64,000 nt of DNA from an uncultured virus (IMG/VR IMGVR_UViG_3300045284_000273) (taxonomy: Duplodnaviria; Heunggongvirae; Uroviricota; Caudoviricetes): the IMG/VR virus record IMGVR_UViG_3300045284_000273. One strand, 5' to 3'. The position numbers and the translations under genes were made by a program. This document shows positions 39,551 through 51,020 of this stretch, piece by piece (the stretch's first letter is position 1; each line of letters opens with the position of its first letter). The notes below the pieces were generated by a model. That model had not been told where the DNA came from and ran no database searches. It worked only from the letters and a program-made list of their open reading frames with translations.

Positions 39551-40150
39551 ATGGACCTGGGAGTCATCGAGATCACCGAGGAAGAGGCCGAACGACGGGT
39601 GGCCGAGTATGAATCGGTCCTGGCTGCTGAGCGCAGCGCCGAGGACGAAGCCCTGCTCTCGGCCTATCGAGCAGCCAAGCGCGGCCTGCCGGTCATCAGC
39701 CTGATCAAGGCCTTCCAGATCGGCGGGTTCCACCCTAACGGGCTGCCCAAGCTGGCCATCGTCCGTGCTGATGCCAAGCAGTGCTGGGTCAGCGTCAACA
39801 GCAACGGGTCGTTGGAGTTCCGCAGCCGGGAGTGGAGCCGGAGTCGAGGGGCGCTGGTTGGCGCGAATGAAGTTCGTGTTGATACCGGGGTATCACAGTC
39901 AGGCAGCCTCGCGTCCGGACGACGGTGGAGGGGCCAGACCATCGTCCCGCTGGTGCCACCGCGGCACCGTCCGAAGAAGGGCCGTCTGCACAACTTCCAC
40001 ATCTTGTGGGAGGTCGATGAGTGGACCCCGGCACCACCCAAGGACCCGGCCCTGCTGCGGCATATCCGTGGCGACCTGTGGTCGGTGCAGGCCGTGTGGG
40101 ACTTGACCGAGCTAGAGCGACTGGTGCTCTCTCAACGGCGTACAGTGTGA
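39551..40150 (+). CDS. Conserved hypothetical phage protein
   Basis: GGGAG RBS; GLPKLAI.RAD...ILWEV..W...PKDPALL....WDLTELER. Confidence 0.65.
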   Translation: MDLGVIEITEEEAERRVAEYESVLAAERSAEDEALLSAYRAAKRGLPVISLIKAFQIGGFHPNGLPKLAIVRADAKQCWVSVNSNGSLEFRSREWSRSRGALVGANEVRVDTGVSQSGSLASGRRWRGQTIVPLVPPRHRPKKGRLHNFHILWEVDEWTPAPPKDPALLRHIRGDLWSVQAVWDLTELERLVLSQRRTV

Positions 40151-41175
40151 TTCGTGAGTGGCACGCCAGACCGCGGTGGTGATCCCAAGCGCCAAGCGGC
40201 GATGCCGCTGAACATCGTCCGTGGCGGCGGCGTGTGCGATCCCAAGGAGAAGGGTGGCCACATTCTGCGTGGCTCTAATCAGCCAGCGGTGTGCATGCCT
40301 ACTCCCGGCCCCGATCCTCGGCCTCGTTACCGACAGGCCGGGAAGATCGGCGGCAAGGCTCGCCACTCGACGCACTACTTGCAGCACCGCAAGTCTGGAG
40401 AGTGAAGCAACTCCTACTTGATGTCCTGATCGGCATCAGCATCATCGCCATCATCGTCGCCGTCTACTGGTGAGAGCACGTCTCGGAGGGCCTTCTGACA
40501 GTCTGCCCAGCCCAGTTCGTACGATGTCATACCTTGTGAGTTCGGTTGGACCGGCTCGGCCAGTTTGTGGAGGCCTTGATCCAACGCCTTCAATCGTTCG
40601 ATCGCCTCGCGAACTGGAACAGCCGTGATGTTGTGCTTCAACGCCCAATCGTTCAGGTTGTGGGCAACATCGCCAATGGTCCTCACTCTTCACCATCCCA
40701 GTCGTAGAAGTGGAACTCGCGGCCCTTGATTGTGACACCACTGTCGGGGTCGTCAACGATCCACAGACGCCTCTGGCGCTGTTTGCTCATCTCCCGGCGC
40801 TTGGCCTGTCGAGCACGAACCTGACGCCTCCTGCGGGCTTCCAGAGCGGTGTTGGCGAAGTGCCAGCCGAAGGCCGCGATGATGAGCAGCGTTGCCAGCC
40901 TCATGACGGCATCGGGGGGAAGCAGAGTGCGTGGCCGAAGAGGTCGTAGCCTCCCGGCCCGAGTCGCAGGACTACCGATTGCGGCTCCACGATCGGTTCG
41001 TGGCAGACCTCGCAGTAGGCACCGCGGATCAGCAGCCGGTGCACCAGTGAGGCCTGCATGGCGTGGGCTGCTGCCAACTCGCGGATCAGAACCATGACGC
41101 GCTTGTTCAGCTTGTTGGTGACGAACCACAGCCCGCCAGCGTAGATAAACACTGGAACGATGTAGGGCAACCAAC

Positions 41176-41580
41176 TCACGGCCGGTATCCGTCCGTCATG
41201 ACCAGTCCCATCCCTGCAGCGGTGTCGGCATCCTGGCCACTCATGCCCAGCACTTCCGGCGTGATCACCTTCCACAGTCCGCAGGCCTCACCGATGCCCA
41301 TCAGCGTCAGCGCCAGGCCCTGGTCGCCAACTGCTGATCCGATAGCGATGTATGACAGGCCGTCCGAGAGGTTGTTCTGCTGGTTGCCGAACTGATCAAT
41401 CTCTGGATAGCTGTTCAGTATCTCAACGAGCAGTGGGCGAATGTCCGCGATGGAGTTGGGGTTGACTCGCACGTCGAAGAAATGCACCTTGACCACGATC
41501 GGATTGTCGCACGGCGTCTTGGCCGCTCTGACCAGTCCGTACAGCAGTTCCAGGTTGAACTTGTCCATCCTCGTTGTCAT
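41176..41580 (-). CDS. Hypothetical protein
   Basis: ORF in the minus-strand small-gene run. Confidence 0.5.
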   Translation of the reverse strand: MTTRMDKFNLELLYGLVRAAKTPCDNPIVVKVHFFDVRVNPNSIADIRPLLVEILNSYPEIDQFGNQQNNLSDGLSYIAIGSAVGDQGLALTLMGIGEACGLWKVITPEVLGMSGQDADTAAGMGLVMTDGYRP

Positions 41581-42051
41581 ACCGTCCCGCTCTCTTTCTC
41601 TTTCTCGTCGTCGCATTCCGAACAGCCGGTGTGTACGCCCAACTCGGCCATGCCCAGCGGCGGCGCTCGGTGGATCGCATACAGACTGGTCAGGCGATGC
41701 CCTTTGCGCTCATGGCGTACCCAAGCCTCGATGATGTGGTTCTTCATTCCGCCTCCACTAGCTCTCCATTGCGAACGCACAAGCCGTTGATGATCAGCTT
41801 CGGGTACTCGGCTCGGGAGCGCTCCATCGCCTCGCTGAGTGTGAAGCGGTGAGTGGTCTTGAACTCGTCGGTGCGGTTCGACGGCGATGGTTCGTAGTCC
41901 CACCATCCGGTGTGAGACAAGGCGTAGCTGTGCCGCATCACGGCCCAGCAGTCGCCAGGGCCTCGCCACTCGATCCTGAGCGCCCATATGGTCGAGTTCA
42001 CGTCATCTTCGGGGAGGCCGGTGACAGTGTAGGTGGTGGGGCGAATGTCGA

Positions 42052-42888
42052 TCATGTGAAGTCGATCGTCTCGGCATCTGAGCCGCTGGCCCAAGCTGAG
42101 TTGCTGGTGGTGATCAAGGTGTTGCTCACTGTCGTCAGTGGTGTGGCATTCCCTGTGCTCCCAGCCCTCAATGGCTTGACGCCACAGATCGTGACCTTGG
42201 AACGATCGACCAGTATCTCATCCTCACCGCGGCGGGTCAGATAGGCCACCACGTCGGCCTTGGAACACACTCCGAAGCTGAGCACCGCACCAGCTTGCTC
42301 CAACTGAGCGAAGCGCCGCGCGAACCACTCAGCCTTGGAACGGTCCAGTGTCCACGACCAGCCGTCGTCGCGCTCGTCGGTGTGCCCTTGGAACACGGTG
42401 ATCTGATCGGGCATCGCTGCCAGCGCCTCGCGGTCGGCCTCGCTCATCATGTGCTCCCGGCCCGGTCGCTTGGCCCGCAGGAGGTTGATCCAGCGCCGCT
42501 GGTTCTGCCTGATGTTCTCGGAGTCGATCCATATCTCACTGAGCAGGTCCCAATACTGCTCATCGGTGAGCCTGCTCTTGATCCGGATGAAGGCCTCGCA
42601 GCGGTAGGGCCGCTCATGGAGGAACACGTAGTGATGCCAGTCGTTGGTGCGCAGCGCTTGGCGGCACAGTTCCTTCTTGGCCTTGAGATTCTTGTTCATC
42701 GTGGCGTTGAGGATCGGGAAGTGCATCACCGAGTAGACCAGCGGGTGCTTGATGCACTCACCGAAGGTGTCGCTGATGGTGAGATACCTCACCAACTCGG
42801 GGTCCAGGTCCTCGTACTCTCCGAAGTGGCTGACGAACTCGTCCAACTGCTCGTTGGCTTCGGCGTGTGGTGGGAACTGTTCAGACAT
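42052..42888 (-). CDS. Hypothetical protein with an ADP-ribosyltransferase-like C-terminal motif set
   Basis: ITVFQG...GWSWTLDRSKAEWFA...RGEDEILV. Confidence 0.45.
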   Translation of the reverse strand: MSEQFPPHAEANEQLDEFVSHFGEYEDLDPELVRYLTISDTFGECIKHPLVYSVMHFPILNATMNKNLKAKKELCRQALRTNDWHHYVFLHERPYRCEAFIRIKSRLTDEQYWDLLSEIWIDSENIRQNQRRWINLLRAKRPGREHMMSEADREALAAMPDQITVFQGHTDERDDGWSWTLDRSKAEWFARRFAQLEQAGAVLSFGVCSKADVVAYLTRRGEDEILVDRSKVTICGVKPLRAGSTGNATPLTTVSNTLITTSNSAWASGSDAETIDFT

Positions 42889-43233
42889 CTGTTGATACCT
42901 CGCTATCAGTGTCGTCGTCCAGATACACCGGCTCGGTGAATCGGTGGACAGGGCAGGAGCGGATCGGGATGCGGTGCATCTCTTCCATCGACCAGTGGCC
43001 GCGGATGCGCATCGGCTTGTCGCAGATGCAGACGTTGAGATAGTCCACGGCGCAGGCTCGGCAGTAGAACCTCGGCCCAGGCATGCGGTCATCCATGCAC
43101 TCGATGCCAATCTCGGCACCGTTGGAACACTCGCCCTCAGGCTCGTAGCCCAGCGGCAGGTAGCCCTCCATCACCAGGAACTCCTGCTGCTCGAAACTGA
43201 GTCCGTTGAAGCAGACCATTCCCCACCAGCCCC

Positions 43234-44460
43234 TCATCGGGTCACGCTCGTCGCCGGGTGCATTGCACCGATCTGCCCGTCATCGGGTCCCTTCCAATAG
43301 CTCTCGATCCACAGCCAGCGATGGTTCTCAGGGTTGGCTGTGCCGTCCGGCAGACGTGCCGGACCAAGGCCAGGAATGTATTGGTAGCGCCAATGCGCGC
43401 GGACCTTGACGCGGTGGTCGAGCGGCGCGCCCTGGCCACTGGCGACGTAGAACGGATCGACGTAGCGGCGCAGGCGCAGGATCGTGTAGTCGAGCAGTTC
43501 TTTGCGCTTGGCCATGTGCTCCCAGCGGCGGCGCTGAGCACGATCGGTGTCGGGGCGGTGCCTGACGATGATCTGCTGCCAGCACAGGCGCATGAACGCA
43601 TAGAACCAACGGCGCTCGTAGCCGACAGGGCTTGGAACGGTGCCCGGTATCCACTCGGCAGCATCACGGATGCCCCACGTCGAGTTGAAGGCCCACGGCA
43701 CCACGTCCACCTGCAAGAACATGGCGGGATCGTCGTACGGGTCCGTCTCGATACCGTGCTCATCGAAGCCGTTGACCCTCAGCCCAGCGGCCAGCATGCT
43801 GGCCACGTAGCCCTCGCGGTAGTCGTCGGGCGTGGTGTACATGAACAGTGAGATACCTTCTTGGATCACGCCGGTCTTGGGGTTGAGGATGCCGTCGTGG
43901 CGTTGCCAGCCGATCGCTCTGATCCACAGCTTCAAGTCGTCTCGGGTTACCCCGGTATCGGGGTCCATATCGCTGACGATGAGCGGCTTCTCCAGCACGG
44001 CGAAGCCGCAGGGGTCGAACAGGTCCGTCTCGTACAGCGGCTCGTTCTCGGCCTGCTCTGCCGCCAGAGTGACCTCATCAACGACCTCAGCGGAGATGTA
44101 GTGACTGGTGGCGTGGCTGAGCATCTGCCACTCACGGAAGGCCAGCAGAGCGCCTTGGAACGCCTCTCGCTGCCCGCCCTCAAACCGCTCCCGGCCAACG
44201 ATGGTCGTTCCCTCGATCGCAAGCTGATCCACGGCGTACTGCGAGATTCTTGGAACACCATCGGCGTCGGGGTGCCCGTAGGTCAGGCCGAACGTGATCC
44301 AGCGCAGACCATATTGAGTGTCCATCATGTTCTGCACGGCGTTCTCGTCGTTGCCGCGGGTGTCCAGCACGCGCTCGACCAACTGCTTGGCCTTGCCTGC
44401 GTCATTCCAGCGCTTCAAGTGCGCGTCCACGGTGGGACCGATGCCGGACCATCTGCTCAT
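43234..44460 (-). CDS. Conserved hypothetical phage protein
   Basis: C-terminal HRVKVRAHWRYQ...WIESYWKGP. Confidence 0.65.
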   Translation of the reverse strand: MSRWSGIGPTVDAHLKRWNDAGKAKQLVERVLDTRGNDENAVQNMMDTQYGLRWITFGLTYGHPDADGVPRISQYAVDQLAIEGTTIVGRERFEGGQREAFQGALLAFREWQMLSHATSHYISAEVVDEVTLAAEQAENEPLYETDLFDPCGFAVLEKPLIVSDMDPDTGVTRDDLKLWIRAIGWQRHDGILNPKTGVIQEGISLFMYTTPDDYREGYVASMLAAGLRVNGFDEHGIETDPYDDPAMFLQVDVVPWAFNSTWGIRDAAEWIPGTVPSPVGYERRWFYAFMRLCWQQIIVRHRPDTDRAQRRRWEHMAKRKELLDYTILRLRRYVDPFYVASGQGAPLDHRVKVRAHWRYQYIPGLGPARLPDGTANPENHRWLWIESYWKGPDDGQIGAMHPATSVTR

Positions 44461-45439
44461 CAGCAGCAGTCCCCTCCGTGGTGGCGCGGGTTGTACATCA
44501 GCCGCTTGGAGTCGGGGTAGTAGGTCGCCGTGCCTTCCCACCAGTACATCGAGTCGGCGTGCTCGCCGTCGAGCGAGTGCGGCATGTGATAGTGGCAGGT
44601 GTGCTTGGACTGGTGGCCGGGACCGGCGTACACGAACGCAGGGCAGGCGAACTCATACTCATGTGATACCAGGGTATCCAGCAGCCCTGTCAGGCGATCG
44701 TCGCCCACTATCTCAGCGATCTGTGCTCGGATGCGACTCATCAGCAGCACCACGCCAACAAGTCGTCCATCACGGCGTCCAGCCGGTCGCGAATGTCGTT
44801 GCGCTGGTCGCCGGTGAGACGTTCCAACCAGAAGTCTGGTTGACCTACCACTTTGACCTCAATGGAAACGTCTCCGACTGAGCGCTTCATGACTGCTCCA
44901 ACTCAGCAACGAGGCGGTTGACCCACTCGGTCAGTCCGGTGCGGATATCGACAACCTCTTCGATGCGCTGGTCGCCCTTGCGAACGACGAGACGCATCAG
45001 CGGCGTTCCGAGTCCAGCACCGCAGACAAGATCGAACGTCACACCATCTTCGCCCTCGCCCTCGATCCACGACTGGCACAGGAACATCGACTCTTTGCGC
45101 TCGGCTTGGAAGGTCACCGCGCTCACTTGGAGCCTCCGTTGTTGTCGATGGTTGCCTTGACGGCGATGGTCCGCTGGTCGTCGGTCCAGTTGCGGAACTC
45201 ATAGCTGGCCCACAGCAGCGTGCGCGTGATCGCGCCGACCAAGCCGTAGTTGTAAGTGTGATCCAGCCGGTCGATGATCGGCTCGATGATGGTCGTATGC
45301 ACGTCGCTGTCGGTCAGCAGTTCCAGGCAGTCATCCCAATGTGCTCCGTTGAGGCGAGGGTTCTGCTCGATGAAGTAGGCGAGAGCCTTGGAGCACTCGT
45401 CGGGCATGTGGGTCATCACCCACTCGATGTTGTCGTTGC

Positions 45440-45778
45440 TCATTGTGTTACTACCTCTTTGCCACTGCAGTGGAACGATCCGGTCGGCGGGTTGAACCAC
45501 CGCGGCGGGTGTGGATGGGGGAGTGGGCAGCGCTCGTTGAGCACTACGATCAGGCTTTCGGCCTCGGCTAGTAGCTCGGATGGTCCGGTGTGCAGTGCTC
45601 GGGCCATGCAGCGCAGCACCGACAGGCTCGGCTCTTTCTGGCCTCGCTCAATCTCGGCCAGGTAGCTCTCGCTGATGCCGATGACGCTGGCCAGGGCACG
45701 ACGCTTCTGTTGGAGCGCGGTGCGCTTGATCGTGATGATCACGCCAAGCGCCTCGGCCGGGGTCAGCGGCTTGCTCAA
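45440..45778 (-). CDS. XRE-family HTH regulator
   Basis: RALASVIGISESYLAEIERGQKEPSLSVLRCMARAL. Confidence 0.8.
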   Translation of the reverse strand: MSKPLTPAEALGVIITIKRTALQQKRRALASVIGISESYLAEIERGQKEPSLSVLRCMARALHTGPSELLAEAESLIVVLNERCPLPHPHPPRWFNPPTGSFHCSGKEVVTQ

Positions 45779-46380
45779 GGTCGCTCTCCAATCTCGAATG
45801 CGAGCGGGAACTTGGGCTGCTCTTGTGATACCGGGGTATCAGCGGCGGCGTCAATCGTCCATCCGGTGGCACGTAGCTCAAGATCAGCGAGACGTGCCGC
45901 GGCGTATTCCAGCAGCAGCAGGACGTGCTTGGCGCTGTAGCGGGTGTCGTGGGCACGATCGCTCTGGAAGGCCCACACCAGGTCGCGCAACTCGATGTAG
46001 CCCTTGAAGCCACCAATCAGCGGCTCCAAGCCCTTGGCCCGATCGACCAGGTTGTCAAGCTCGTCCTTGTGCGCCTGCTCTTCGGCGGCGCGCTTGTCCA
46101 GTATCGCCTTGCGCTCGGCCTTGACCGTGGCGCAGTACTCATCCCAGGGACCCAGGATGCCGTTCGTCTCGGCACCCTTGATATCGAACTTGGCACCCTC
46201 AAGGTGCAGCGGCGGCAACGGGTTGAGATAGTCGTCGTCCTGACCCGGCCAGGTCCAATAGACCTTGCACCGGACCTTGGTCCCCGGCTGGCCCTCGTCC
46301 AGCACGTAGCCGGGGCGGGTGTTGTAGCCGTCAGCCTTGATCGCGTAGAGCACGGTGCGGTCCATATCTCGCCGCCTCAT
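45775..46380 (-). CDS. Hypothetical protein
   Basis: Coupled ORF. Confidence 0.55.
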   Translation of the reverse strand: MRRRDMDRTVLYAIKADGYNTRPGYVLDEGQPGTKVRCKVYWTWPGQDDDYLNPLPPLHLEGAKFDIKGAETNGILGPWDEYCATVKAERKAILDKRAAEEQAHKDELDNLVDRAKGLEPLIGGFKGYIELRDLVWAFQSDRAHDTRYSAKHVLLLLEYAAARLADLELRATGWTIDAAADTPVSQEQPKFPLAFEIGERP

Positions 46381-46615
46381 GACTTGCCCTTCTTTCCAAT
46401 TCTTCCCAGCAGCCAGGTGCCTTTGGACAGGACCATGGCTTGCTCGGGCGGTGTCTCATCGGGGCGCATGGTCAGGACGGCTGCCTCGTTGGGGTGCAGC
46501 ACGACCACGCTCTCGGTCACCGTGTCGTAGTTCATCTCGACGCCGTTGGGCCACTTGACTACATCGCCCAGCTTGGGGGAGTACGTGAACATGCGTGCTC
46601 GGTTGACGCGCTCCA

Positions 46616-46933
46616 TCATTCGCCCCTCTTCGGCTCGTCGCCCTCGTCGCTGTCATACAGCGAGAGTGCGTAGGTCACGAAGTCCCACAGGTGCAGGCCC
46701 TCCATGACCTCGTTGACCGTCTTGCCCTGGCCGACCGTCTCCGACAGGAAGTCGAAGTCGTCCAGTTCGACCGTGCCGTCATCGAGCAGCGTGGCGTGGC
46801 CGATCACGGCCTCGATCGCCTCTTCGGCAATCGGAATCCAGCGCTCATCGACGGGCGGGAAGTGGTTGTGCTGCAGGTGATGGGCCAGGACGGCCGTGCG
46901 GCTCAGTCCGTATCCCAGGAGTGGTTGTGGCAT
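46616..46933 (-). CDS. Hypothetical protein
   Basis: CCGAAGGA leader; HHLQHNHFPPV. Confidence 0.55.
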   Translation of the reverse strand: MPQPLLGYGLSRTAVLAHHLQHNHFPPVDERWIPIAEEAIEAVIGHATLLDDGTVELDDFDFLSETVGQGKTVNEVMEGLHLWDFVTYALSLYDSDEGDEPKRGE

Positions 46934-47019
46934 CAGGGGTTCCTTCGGTAGTGGGGGGGTGTGGTGACTAGTGTACAGAGTTGGTACTGTGATACCAACT
47001 CGGCGGCGACAATATTTCA

Positions 47020-49341
47020 TCAGGCGTTGGCGCTCAGCGTCTGCTCAAGCAACCGGGGGATATCCATCAGGTCGCTCAGTGCGTAGTTCTCATCGCACCC
47101 GTACTTGCGCAGCACGTTCGACAGGTGCTCAGCCGATCCGTAGCCGGTTGAGAAGCCCATGCCGATGATGATCATCCCGCTCGACTTGTAGGAAGCCAGG
47201 ACGCCGGGGTTGCAGCCCTGCCAGTCCCCATCGGTCATGATCATCACAATGTGCTGTTCCTTGTCGTAGCGCTGATTGGCCAGGTCGGCCAGCGCCACTC
47301 GGGGATCGGTGCCACCGGCTGAGTTGACCACCGGGAGGTAGTCGGCGGTGTCGTTGGCATCCCACACGACCCTGGCATCGGTGTCCCACAGCACGACCGT
47401 GCAGGGGATGCCCAGCTTCTCGCAGGCCAGCTTCGACGCGAAGCCTGCTTGCGCCAGGCGCTCGGTGTAGCCACCCATCGAGCCGCTGTAGTCCAGCAGG
47501 ATCGACACGGCGACGTTGAATCCCGGCTGGTCGTCATCGACCCAGGACTTGAATACCTCGGCATCGCCAGGCTGACGGGTCCGGTAGCGGAGCACGTTGA
47601 GGATGCCGCGGCGCTGCTGCTCGACCCAGGCTGGTGCCTGGTCCATGGTCGCTGCGTAGAACGACTGCTCAAGCTCGGTGGCCAAGTTGTGCGCCGTGGC
47701 AGCCGCCTCGATATCGGGGTTTGGAGCCAGTTCGTACGGCTTCAAGTCCGATACCTGCCTATCGAGAGCGTCTTGAAAGGCCCGCACGTCGCCGTCCAGC
47801 GCGGGATCGGCATCGCGCTGCGACTCGGCCTCTTGGAGCGCTTCCTCAAGGTCCTCATCGGTCAGGTCGTTGTCGTGATCGGCAGCCTCATCGCCAGCGC
47901 CGTCGCCGCCCTCGTCATCGCTCAGGTCGTCGTCGTCATCCTCGTCGCCCTCGTCATCGAAGTCGTCGTCATCGCCGCCGTCAAGATCATCGTCTGAATC
48001 GTCGTCGTCGTGGGCATCATCGCCGCCATGGTTCTCGTCTTGCCCTTCATCCTCTTCATCCTTGGCATCGTTGGAGCCTTCGTCGCCCTTCATCGACTGT
48101 GACTCGTCGTCATCGTCGTTGGAGTCGTCGCTCTCATCCTCGTCGTCGTAGCCGTCATCGGGATCGGAGTCGCTGGTATCACCACTGTCGCCCTCGTCGC
48201 TCTCATCCTCATCGTCAGGATCGGCGGCAGGTGCGGGCTGGCCTTCCATATCATCCTTGGTGGCTCCACCCGACGCACCGAACACAACAGCGATCAGCGT
48301 CTCGGGAGCATTCCACAGGGCGTCCAGAATCTCGGCCAGGTGCTGAGCAATCTCAGGGTCGGTCAGGTCGATATCTTCCTCGGGCGTGTCCATGCTCATG
48401 GCATCCTCGGGGATCATCGACGGGTCGATCGGGATGACCAGCACGTCGTCGCCCAGGTTGTCATTGCGGTACTGGTTGTCGTGACTGGTGTCGGCCAGCT
48501 TGCTGATCGGCATTGTGATATCAATCAGCGCCTTGGCCTCGACCACGGCCTCCCACAGGGTGACGGCGTTGTCGCCCATCACGTACTTGGTGACCACGGC
48601 CTCCCAGGCCTGCGCCAGCGCTTCGCCGTCAAGGCCGCGCTGCGTGTGCTTGTAGACGAACAACTTGCGAGCACCGCGGACGATCTTGGTCGGCAGGTAC
48701 TTGCGCCAGATCAGCAGCGGCCAGTTTGCGGCGGCGTTGCTCACCGTGTCAGTCATCTCGGTCATGATGACCGGAGTGAGATACGCAGCCTTGCGCGGTG
48801 AGTCGGAGACGACGGCCGTCTCCATGCGCTGATCCTCCAACATGTTCCACGCTTGGTGGAAGCCGTTGTGATCGCGAGCGATGTAGGTCAGGCCAGCGGC
48901 CTCGACCAGTTGCCGGAACGGCATCGTCCAACGGCAGTGGCCACCTTCGTGGTAGGCCAGGCCGCGCATCGTTGCCGACAGCAGGCGCACGTCGTCATGC
49001 ATCCGGTAGCGGATGACGATCTTCTCGAAATCCGTCCAGGCGCTCATCGTCTCGGCCGGTTGCGCATTGATCGCAACGTTCAGGCCCTCAGAGGCGAGCA
49101 CTGCGGCGAACCGCTGAATGATGCCGCGGCTGACTGCGTTCTGCTCGGGCTTGGTGGTCCGCTTGTTGGTGCGGGCCTGAGTGAGCCGACGCTGAGCCTC
49201 TTCGGCAAGCTGCTCACCGAGAGCGGCCTGCTCGCGAGCCAAGCGCTGACGCTCACGCTGCATGAGTTGACGGCCAAGATCGGTCGTCACCTTGCGGCGG
49301 GGAGCCTTCGGTGCCTTCTGTGCTGCAGGGGTGTTGGTCAT
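47020..49341 (-). CDS. vWA-domain protein with an HExxH N-domain and a long acidic linker (CobT-like MoxR partner)
   Basis: YHEGGH, NMLEDQRME, a long D/E-rich tract, LLDYSGSM / GGT / MTDG MIDAS motifs. Confidence 0.85.
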   Translation of the reverse strand: MTNTPAAQKAPKAPRRKVTTDLGRQLMQRERQRLAREQAALGEQLAEEAQRRLTQARTNKRTTKPEQNAVSRGIIQRFAAVLASEGLNVAINAQPAETMSAWTDFEKIVIRYRMHDDVRLLSATMRGLAYHEGGHCRWTMPFRQLVEAAGLTYIARDHNGFHQAWNMLEDQRMETAVVSDSPRKAAYLTPVIMTEMTDTVSNAAANWPLLIWRKYLPTKIVRGARKLFVYKHTQRGLDGEALAQAWEAVVTKYVMGDNAVTLWEAVVEAKALIDITMPISKLADTSHDNQYRNDNLGDDVLVIPIDPSMIPEDAMSMDTPEEDIDLTDPEIAQHLAEILDALWNAPETLIAVVFGASGGATKDDMEGQPAPAADPDDEDESDEGDSGDTSDSDPDDGYDDEDESDDSNDDDDESQSMKGDEGSNDAKDEEDEGQDENHGGDDAHDDDDSDDDLDGGDDDDFDDEGDEDDDDDLSDDEGGDGAGDEAADHDNDLTDEDLEEALQEAESQRDADPALDGDVRAFQDALDRQVSDLKPYELAPNPDIEAAATAHNLATELEQSFYAATMDQAPAWVEQQRRGILNVLRYRTRQPGDAEVFKSWVDDDQPGFNVAVSILLDYSGSMGGYTERLAQAGFASKLACEKLGIPCTVVLWDTDARVVWDANDTADYLPVVNSAGGTDPRVALADLANQRYDKEQHIVMIMTDGDWQGCNPGVLASYKSSGMIIIGMGFSTGYGSAEHLSNVLRKYGCDENYALSDLMDIPRLLEQTLSANA

Positions 49342-49712
49342 GACAGCAATGGTACACCCTGTGCAAAGGGAATCAACCACTTTGCCCCACATTCTTTCAG
49401 AGATGTTGTGATACCAGCAGCGATGCCCTGAGAGGCCTCTGTAGGCCGTTCTAAGCGCCTCTAGCGATTGCCCGCACCTGTCATACCAACCTGACCGTTT
49501 GCGCCGATCCTGTGGCAACGAGTGTTGTGATACCGCTCGAGGTTTCCGCAGGTCAGAGGCTATATTTCAGCCATTATGAAACGCGCAGCGAAATGGCTCT
49601 GGTAACACAATTCCCAAGAAATCTTGTGTTTCGTGTTGTGTGGGGGCACCTGGGGGTGTACCGTGGTGGTCGTTCAACCAACACCCCTGATTCCGAAAGG
49701 CTTTCCCACAAC

Positions 49713-51020
49713 ATGGCTCTTGCAGCTTCACTACTCCCAGGGTTCAAGTACGAGATTCTCGGCGGAACCCTTGAGGGCGAGATTGTCACGATCGTTGACA
49801 ACACGCCCTTCCCCGACAGCGACACCGAAGGTCGCAAGCGGAAGATCACGGTCCTCTCACCTGAGGGCACCGAGTACTACATCCTCCCCCGGCTGCTCTC
49901 CAACAGCCCGGTCGGGATGGACACACCGGCACCGGCTCCGGTGACGACGATTGCGCCAGCCCTTCCCGGTGTGGCCGCTACGGTTGCTGAATTGACAGCC
50001 GTTGTCGCTCAGCCGGTCGCTGGTATCACAGTGCAGGTTCCGATCACCGATCCGATGGACCCGCGCCTCGATCACCTGCGTCCGTCACGGTCCAAGGTCA
50101 AGCGGTACATCAACCGCGAAATGGCCAACGGCATGCTCGATGTTGACTTCCTGCTGACGTTCACCAATGACGAGTACCGCGCCGAGAACGAGGGTCGTCC
50201 GGCCAACGTCATGCTCAAGGGCGATACGCAGTCCGGCAAGACGATGCTCGTTGAGGTCCTGGCAGTGCTGTGGGCCGACAAGATGGGCCTGCCCAAGCCG
50301 ATGCCGATCTTCACCATCAGTGGTTCGTCCGGTGTCACTGACTTCGACCTGTACGGACAGACGACCAGCTTCACCAATCCCACGACCGGCGTGGAAAGCC
50401 TGGTATGGCTGCCCGGTATGGTCGATCTGGCCGCGCAGGCCGGTGGCATCCTGTACCTGGATGAGGTCAACGCCATGGGCGAGCGCGTCACGTCGTCGCT
50501 GCACCCGCTGGCCGATGCCCGTCACCACTTCGTCAACCGCAATAAGGCCGTACTCCGCAACGGCACGATCCTCCCCGAGGTCACCAGCGCCCATATGGAC
50601 CTGTGGATTCTCGGTACCTACAACGAGGGCTACCGCGGCATGGGCGAGATGAACGAGGCCTTCATCAACCGCTTCCGGCACATTCGCTGGGGCTATGACA
50701 GCGCCGTCGAGTTGAAGCTGATCAAGAGCGCCGCCGTGCGCCTGCTGGGCGATGCCCTGCGGACCAGCCGTCAGCGCAACAGCATCCGCACGCCAATCGG
50801 CACCGCCGCCCTGCAGAAGGTCGAGCGCGATATCGCAGCGTTCGGTGCTGTGGTCGGGCTTGAGGTCCTGATCGGCATGTTCAAGGCCAACGAGCAGGAA
50901 ATTGTGTCGAGCATCATCGAGGATCGTTCGATCATCGTCCTGCTCAACGAAGAGGCCCGTCAGGCCAAGATCGAGGATCGCAACCGGGAGCGCTCAGGCT
51001 CTTCCCCCGAGTTCGCCTGA
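49713..51020 (+). CDS. MoxR/CbbQ-type AAA+ ATPase
   Basis: GDTQSGKT, ILYLDEVN, GTYNEGYRG, NEAFINRF; ATG after the CCGAAAGG leader. Confidence 0.85.
   Translation: MALAASLLPGFKYEILGGTLEGEIVTIVDNTPFPDSDTEGRKRKITVLSPEGTEYYILPRLLSNSPVGMDTPAPAPVTTIAPALPGVAATVAELTAVVAQPVAGITVQVPITDPMDPRLDHLRPSRSKVKRYINREMANGMLDVDFLLTFTNDEYRAENEGRPANVMLKGDTQSGKTMLVEVLAVLWADKMGLPKPMPIFTISGSSGVTDFDLYGQTTSFTNPTTGVESLVWLPGMVDLAAQAGGILYLDEVNAMGERVTSSLHPLADARHHFVNRNKAVLRNGTILPEVTSAHMDLWILGTYNEGYRGMGEMNEAFINRFRHIRWGYDSAVELKLIKSAAVRLLGDALRTSRQRNSIRTPIGTAALQKVERDIAAFGAVVGLEVLIGMFKANEQEIVSSIIEDRSIIVLLNEEARQAKIEDRNRERSGSSPEFA

Noticed and set aside
47850..48230. (TCG/TCA)n repeat
   Set aside because: Coding low complexity of the Asp/Glu-rich linker in the vWA protein
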